DNA of 11,972 nucleotides. Origin: Elusimicrobiota bacterium (GTDB lineage Bacteria; CG03; SLGR01; JBDRKX01). The position numbers and the translations under genes are program-made. The stretch spans positions 1 through 11,972 of the forward strand of contig JBDRKX010000118.1 in the NCBI GenBank assembly GCA_043813605.1, read 5' to 3'. The notes under the pieces are model-generated. The model was not told where the DNA came from, searched no databases, and saw only the letters and a program-made list of their open reading frames with translations. Shown piece after piece: positions 6,829-11,972 of the stretch (position 1 is its first letter; every line of letters begins with the position of its first letter).

Positions 6829-7767
6829 TCATTTTTTTGCTGGAACAGATTGTGGCGTCACCCTGTCTATATCCATGGGTATCAATACTATCTCGATCCT
6901 TCTGTTTTTCATTCTCCCATCTACCGTATCATTTGTATCAATGGGTTTGGTATCGGCATATCCGGCTACCGAAATGAATTTTGGGTCAATACCCGCTTTG
7001 TCTATCAGATATCTGGCTATATTTGTTGCCCTGGCTGTTGAAAGTTCCCAGTTTGTAGGATATTTGCCCTTCAATGTAGCACCGATCGGCACATTATCAG
7101 TATGGCCTTCAATACGGATCTGTTTATCCTTAATTTTTGCTAAAATATTCCCGACACGGTCCAGAACCTGTTTGCCTTCTTTCTGGACTTCAGACTCTCC
7201 CAGAGGGAACATCAGTTTATCTACAATGTTTACCGATAACTTGTCTTTTAACTGAGTTATTTTTATCTGGCCGTCCGTTACTTCTTTTTCCATATCCTGG
7301 ACAAGATTCTCATATGTTGACTTTAGTCTGCCGATCTCGTCTTCTTTTTCTTTTGATACCGCATCTATACTTTTCTGGAGCTCTATATTCCTGGCCTCTG
7401 CGGCAGCCAACTGCTTTTTAAGCGATAATACAGTACTTTCCTTCTCCTGTTTACTTACAGTAAGGTCAGCGATTAGTTGGTCTTTTTCGGTTTTTTTCGC
7501 TTCCAGCGCTGAGATGAGATTACTGCTGTCTTTTTGCAGATTCGCATATTGCTCTTTCAGTTCTGATCCTTCGACTTCAATCCTCTGTCTTTCAGTAGAT
7601 ATTGTTTCTACGCTTTTTTCAGCTTCCTTCAGTTTTGATACAAGTTCGTACTTCGTGTCGGCAAGATTCTCTACTTCGACTACTTTCATCCGGTACTTTC
7701 CGGCTGAAACGCAGCCGCTTACTAAAACGCACAATAATCCTACGGCTAAATAATTGATACTTCTCAT
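6829..7767 (-). CDS. MotB-C/OmpA-domain peptidoglycan-binding lipoprotein, long stalk
   Basis: Start reassigned to ATG 7767 (AAGGAGG 6 nt upstream), which removes the groEL overlap and puts the VSG-C lipobox Cys at residue 19 as in the two paralogs. Long coiled coil, then EGHTDNVPI, NWELSTARA, KNRRIEI. Confidence 0.92.
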   Translation of the reverse strand: MRSINYLAVGLLCVLVSGCVSAGKYRMKVVEVENLADTKYELVSKLKEAEKSVETISTERQRIEVEGSELKEQYANLQKDSSNLISALEAKKTEKDQLIADLTVSKQEKESTVLSLKKQLAAAEARNIELQKSIDAVSKEKEDEIGRLKSTYENLVQDMEKEVTDGQIKITQLKDKLSVNIVDKLMFPLGESEVQKEGKQVLDRVGNILAKIKDKQIRIEGHTDNVPIGATLKGKYPTNWELSTARATNIARYLIDKAGIDPKFISVAGYADTKPIDTNDTVDGRMKNRRIEIVLIPMDIDRVTPQSVPAKK

Positions 7768-7795
7768 CATCGTCCTCCTTTTTACACTGCGATTA

Positions 7796-9415
7796 TTAAT
7801 ACTCATCCATACCGCCTTGCGGCATCTGATAGTTCTTTTTCTCTTCCGGTTTGTCAGTTATAAGGCATTCTGTTGTCAGCATGACAGAAGCGACTGAAGC
7901 TGCATTCTCAAGGGCTGTTCTTACGACTTTAGCCGGATCTACTATGCCCTTTGCGACCATATCAACATACTCGCCTGTTTCAGCGTCATACCCTGTGCCT
8001 TTTTTTGATGTTCTTATCCTGTTTACTACTATTGAGCCTTCCTCTCCTGAATTTACTGCAATCTGTCTGACAGGTGCTTCAAGCACGCGTTTTACGATAT
8101 TAATTCCCACATTCTCATCCTCATCTTCCCCCGTAACATCTTTTAACGAATCAATAGCGTTCAGAAGCGCCACTCCCCCGCCGGCCACTATACCCTCTTC
8201 TACAGCAGCGCGCGTAGCGTGCACGGCGTCCTCTACTTTGAACTTCCTTGACTTCATCTCTGTCTCCGTGGCGGCTCCTACTTTTATAACAGCTACTCCG
8301 CCGGATATCTTGGCGAGGCGTTCTTCAAGCTTTTCCCTGTCGTAGTCTGAATCTGTGTCTTCTATCTGCTTCTTGATCTGTTTTATTCTCGCTTCAATAT
8401 CGGTCTTTTTTCCCGCGCCTCCCACTATAGTGGTATGCTCCTTATCAACAGTAACTTTCTTTGCCTGCCCCAGTACATTCAGTTCCGCCTTTTCAAGATT
8501 AATACCGAGTTCTTCCGAGATCACCTGCCCCTTTGTCAGCACAGCGATATCTTTAAGCATTTCCTTTCTCCTGTCACCGAATCCGGGAGCCTTTACAGCA
8601 ATGCATTTAAGCGTTCCCCTTATCTTGTTGACTACCAGTGTAGCCAGGGCTTCACCTTCCACGTTTTCGGCTATCATAAGAAACGATTTACCCGATTTGG
8701 CAATCTTTTCCAGTAAAGGAAGAAGATCTTTCATATTTGATATTTTTTTATCGGTAATCAGTATATATGGTTCTTCGAGTTCGGCCTCCATACGCTCTGC
8801 GTCTGTTACAAAATAAGGAGACAGGTATCCCCTGTCGAACTGCATCCCTTCCACAACCTCAAGCTCTGTAGAAGCGCTTTTGCCTTCCTCAACAGTTATG
8901 ACTCCGTCTTTCCCGACCTTCTCCATAGCGTCCGCTATAAGCTCGCCTATCTCTTTATCGGCAGCCGCTATAGTAGCGACCTGCGCTATCTCTTCGCGTG
9001 TCTTGATTTTCTTGGAACTTGAACTTATATACCCCACCACTTTTTTCACAGCCTTGTCTATTCCTGTCTTTATGTGCCTCGCGTTTGCGCCTGCTGTTAT
9101 ATTTCTGAATCCCTGCTGGATCATGGACCTTCCCAGCACTACAGCCGTAGTTGTTCCGTCGCCAGTGACGTCATTTGTCTTTGACGATATCTCCTTTAAA
9201 AGCTGAGCGCCCATGTTCTCGAACTTGTCTTCCAGCTTGATCTCTTTCGCTATGCTCACTCCGTCAGACGAGATAGTCGGCGCTCCGTAACTCTTGTCAA
9301 TTATCACCTGGCTGCCCTTTGGCCCGAGTGTGATCTGAACAGCGGCGGCGAGTTTTAACGCGCCTTTCAATAGAGCCTGCGATGCGTCATCCTTAAATTT
9401 CAACTGCTTTGACAT
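7796..9415 (-). CDS. groEL: Chaperonin GroEL (Cpn60), probably a divergent paralog
   Basis: [70 protein letters not shown] upstream. Confidence 0.98.
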   Translation of the reverse strand: MSKQLKFKDDASQALLKGALKLAAAVQITLGPKGSQVIIDKSYGAPTISSDGVSIAKEIKLEDKFENMGAQLLKEISSKTNDVTGDGTTTAVVLGRSMIQQGFRNITAGANARHIKTGIDKAVKKVVGYISSSSKKIKTREEIAQVATIAAADKEIGELIADAMEKVGKDGVITVEEGKSASTELEVVEGMQFDRGYLSPYFVTDAERMEAELEEPYILITDKKISNMKDLLPLLEKIAKSGKSFLMIAENVEGEALATLVVNKIRGTLKCIAVKAPGFGDRRKEMLKDIAVLTKGQVISEELGINLEKAELNVLGQAKKVTVDKEHTTIVGGAGKKTDIEARIKQIKKQIEDTDSDYDREKLEERLAKISGGVAVIKVGAATETEMKSRKFKVEDAVHATRAAVEEGIVAGGGVALLNAIDSLKDVTGEDEDENVGINIVKRVLEAPVRQIAVNSGEEGSIVVNRIRTSKKGTGYDAETGEYVDMVAKGIVDPAKVVRTALENAASVASVMLTTECLITDKPEEKKNYQMPQGGMDEY

Positions 9416-9524
9416 ATTCTTCTCCTCCTGTTTTTCTCCCTGTAACTCTTGTAAGGATTTCTCCTTTCATTCATAGTCTTTGTTAAAATCCTGTAAAACC
9501 TGGAAGTCAGCTGCCTTCTCATCT

Positions 9525-9815
9525 TCAACCTTCAATAATGCCGTATATGTCGTCTTCGCGCATTATAAGATGCTCAATGCCGTCTATTTTAACCTCGGTT
9601 CCCGAATATTTTCCGAATAAAACCTTATCGCCTTTCTTGACGTTCATCGGGATACGCTTTCCATCATCATCAAGTTTTCCGGGGCCGATGGCTTCTACAT
9701 TTCCTTCCTGCGGTTTTTCTTTCGCGGTATCAGGAATAATGATTCCGCCTACCTTCTTTTCAACTTCTTCTTCTGCTTTAATCAAAACTCTGTCACCTAA
9801 TGGATTGATCTTCAT
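9525..9815 (-). CDS. groES: Co-chaperonin GroES (Cpn10)
   Basis: [47 protein letters not shown] upstream. Confidence 0.98.
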   Translation of the reverse strand: MKINPLGDRVLIKAEEEVEKKVGGIIIPDTAKEKPQEGNVEAIGPGKLDDDGKRIPMNVKKGDKVLFGKYSGTEVKIDGIEHLIMREDDIYGIIEG

Positions 9816-9870
9816 TGTATTCGCTCCTTCTCATTGAAAATCCATACACTTACTTCGTATTTTAACTGTT

Positions 9871-9928
9871 AGTATACTCTAAGGTAGATTAAAGGAATGT
9901 TAAACTAATATTAGAGTTTTTTAATCTA
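9871..9928 (-). promoter_or_regulatory. Putative groES promoter: -10 TATACT plus OmpR/PhoB-type 11-bp-periodic repeats (copy 1)
   Basis: Minus-strand TATACT at 9876-9871. Minus-strand repeats CTCTAAT-N4-GTTTAAC-N4-CTTTAAT end 11 nt upstream of the -10 and cover the -35 position. Inverted repeat TAGATTAAA(9885-9893)/TTTAATCTA(9920-9928). No CIRCE. Confidence 0.65.
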
Positions 9929-9986
9929 ACGATCTGTATTTACACCAAGTGTTATAGACTTATTGATTCCTGAAAAGCTCACAACA

Positions 9987-11471
9987 CTAAGCTAACGGAA
10001 GTGTTAATATAAGTTTTGTGCCTTTACCATACCGGCTTTCGGCTTTTATTTCACCTTTATGGGCCTCGGCTATTGCCTTTACTATAGTCAAGCCCAGGCC
10101 GCTGCCTGGTTCGGTGTCGAATTCTGTATTTTTCTTATAGAAAAACTTGTTGAATATAAGAGGAAGTTCTTCTTCTCTTATTCCTACACCTGTATCCGCG
10201 ATAGATACACGGACTTTGCCCTCGCTTAATTCCACGCAGATTTCTATCCTGCCGTCAGGCGGAGTAAACTTCACGCTATTATTGATAATATTATAGAACA
10301 GCCGTTTTAAATGCGTATTGTCGGCATCGACTTCTATTGACTCCGGATCCGGCAGGCTCAGATTAACCGTAATGTTCTTTTCCTGCGCCAGCACTGAACT
10401 CTGTTTATGCAGTTCTTTCATAAATTGTATCAGGTTTATTTTTTCGAATTTGTATATATTGGGCTGAAACTGGATTTTGGAAAACAGGCGTATGTCGTCA
10501 ATTATTCTTATCATCCGGCGAATTTCTTCCAGATTGCTTTTTACATTATCCTTATAATCCTCGATAGACCTTTCCTTCCTTAATAGAAGCTCGGATTCGC
10601 CTCTCATTATCGCAAGAGGCGTCTTAAGTTCATGCGAGACATTCGAACTGAATTCAGATATATATCTGAAAGATTTTTCCAGCCGGGATATCATGTCATT
10701 AAATGTCCCGGCAAGGAGTTTCATCTCTTCGTCAGGATAACCTGTCTTTACCCTTGCTGAGAAATCCTCATTAGATACTTTATTAGCGGCATTTGTTACA
10801 TCAAGGACGGGATTTAAAATACTTTTCACAAACAGGTTGCCAATGAATAAACTAATCGACAAAAGTACAATAATACTTATACCTATGAATTTCAACCTGT
10901 TATGCAGAATATCTATGACAGGCTTTACCGAAGAACCTATATACAAAAAGAAAGGAAAACTATCTTTATAGAAATACGGAAATATTATCAGCCTGAGCCT
11001 GCGGTTATTCAATACAATAGTTTTAAACAATTTCTCATTAGATTTAAGTTTTCCTGCTTTCTTGAGAAAAATCGGAAAAATATCTTTTGCGAGATTATCT
11101 GAAACTGTTACCGGGTCGCCGTCAGAACTCAACAAACATATATAGTCTGTCATTAAATCATACCGGTCTGCCCTTATAAAACTCTCTTTCGCTGTTTCAT
11201 CTATTTTGTCCTGCTCCGGATGAGCAGCTTTTTGTAAAAGAGTTCTTTTTGCCGCATACTTATGAGACTCATTATCATAGCCCACCAAATCAAGGTATTC
11301 CGTGATTGTACCTGTTATTCCTTCAGCTTTGAATAACAATTCCTTGTCGAATTCATTGTATAGAGTATTATATAAACTCCAGTAAAGAAATGCGCTGAAA
11401 GCGATAAGCATGGCTGCCAGAACGGCAGAATAGAGTATGGTAACTTTAAACTTTATTGAATTAAGTTTCAT
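9987..11471 (-). CDS. Membrane sensor histidine kinase (TM-sensor-TM-HAMP-HisKA-HATPase), CusS/CzcS-like subfamily
   Basis: Two TM helices, HAMP (DEEMKLLAGTFNDMISRLE), H box FSSNVSHELKTPL, N box, DTGVGI, GSGLGL. The start overlaps the regulator stop (TGATG). Confidence 0.95.
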   Translation of the reverse strand: MKLNSIKFKVTILYSAVLAAMLIAFSAFLYWSLYNTLYNEFDKELLFKAEGITGTITEYLDLVGYDNESHKYAAKRTLLQKAAHPEQDKIDETAKESFIRADRYDLMTDYICLLSSDGDPVTVSDNLAKDIFPIFLKKAGKLKSNEKLFKTIVLNNRRLRLIIFPYFYKDSFPFFLYIGSSVKPVIDILHNRLKFIGISIIVLLSISLFIGNLFVKSILNPVLDVTNAANKVSNEDFSARVKTGYPDEEMKLLAGTFNDMISRLEKSFRYISEFSSNVSHELKTPLAIMRGESELLLRKERSIEDYKDNVKSNLEEIRRMIRIIDDIRLFSKIQFQPNIYKFEKINLIQFMKELHKQSSVLAQEKNITVNLSLPDPESIEVDADNTHLKRLFYNIINNSVKFTPPDGRIEICVELSEGKVRVSIADTGVGIREEELPLIFNKFFYKKNTEFDTEPGSGLGLTIVKAIAEAHKGEIKAESRYGKGTKLILTLPLA

Positions 11472-11972
11472 CAGGGTTTATCGGTAAGGATGTATCCGGT
11501 ACCACGGATCGTATGGATGAGTTTTTTATCAAATTTTTTATCTATCTTGTTGCGCAGATAATTTACATACACATCTATAATATTTGTAAATGTGTCAAAG
11601 TCCTCATTCCATACATGGTCTGAAAGCATTGTCCTTGTTACAACCTGATGTGAATTAACCATAAGATATTGCAGAAGCGTGTATTCTTTGCTTGTTAGTT
11701 TTATATCTTTTCCAGCCCGTTTCACCTTATGGGTCAGCTGGTCCAGTTCAAGGTCAGCCACTTTAAGAGTTGTTACTTTTTCGGACTTTTTTCTCCTCAA
11801 GAGCGCCCGGACTCTTGCAAGGAACTCCTCAAATTCAAAGGGTTTTGTAAGATAATCGTCTGCGCCCGCGTCAAGTCCTTTTACTTTATCTTTAAGCTCA
11901 TCTCTTGAAGTGAGCATCAATACTGATGTATCAATACTTTTTTCTCTCAGCTCCCTGCAGACCTCTAATCCG
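11471..11972 (-). CDS. OmpR/PhoB-family response regulator, CusR/CzcR-like (5' end beyond the window)
   Basis: The frame stays open to the edge (GLEVCRELREKSIDTSVLMLTS...), so the track's start at 11920 is internal. GADDYLTKPF, and winged helix NIIDVYVNYLRNKID...IHTIRGTGY. Confidence 0.95.
   Translation of the reverse strand, partial: GLEVCRELREKSIDTSVLMLTSRDELKDKVKGLDAGADDYLTKPFEFEEFLARVRALLRRKKSEKVTTLKVADLELDQLTHKVKRAGKDIKLTSKEYTLLQYLMVNSHQVVTRTMLSDHVWNEDFDTFTNIIDVYVNYLRNKIDKKFDKKLIHTIRGTGYILTDKP

Noticed and set aside
5109..7767. Calling the three OmpA-domain genes flagellar motB
   Set aside because: No TM helix with the conserved Asp, lipoboxes present, and no motA or flagellar genes in the window.
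7851..9837. Plus-strand ORFs antisense to groEL and groES
   Set aside because: Ser/Thr/Phe-rich shadow frames of conserved genes, with no recognisable motifs.
9869..9882. TTAGTATACTCTAA as a possible CIRCE
   Set aside because: Does not fit TTAGCACTC-N9-GAGTGCTAA and has no second arm. Better explained as the -10 region.
9987..11972. Assigning cusRS/czcRS and metal resistance
   Set aside because: Subfamily resemblance only. No efflux or metal-handling genes are in the window, so the signal is unknown.
1..11972. CRISPR array, tRNA/rRNA or regularly spaced repeat array
   Set aside because: None seen by eye. The intergenic gaps are short, and the only long repeat is the gene duplication.

Overview
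Bacterial DNA with almost all genes on the minus strand. In transcription order (right to left): a CusR/CzcR-like OmpR-family response regulator cut by the window edge, a HAMP histidine kinase, groES, a divergent groEL, a MotB-C/OmpA-domain lipoprotein, DUF2934, a tandem pair of MotB-C/OmpA-domain lipoproteins, an eRF1/pelota-like (baeRF/host-attachment type) protein, a UbiB/ABC1 kinase, a phasin-like protein, a receiver-only regulator, a short DnaJ/CbpA-like protein, two small acidic lipoproteins, a small membrane ORF and a second receiver-only regulator. The left edge holds the 3' end of an ISL3-family element, missed by the ORF track, that has inserted into the last receiver gene. The main observations are: (1) a shared ~57-bp promoter architecture with 11-bp-periodic repeats upstream of both groES and the receiver-dnaJ block, suggesting a two-component-controlled stress regulon without CIRCE; (2) three motA-less MotB-like lipoproteins with coiled-coil stalks of about 147, 78 and 35 residues; (3) patchy identity between the duplicated pair, suggesting gene conversion. 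All family calls come from motif recognition by eye, not database searches.
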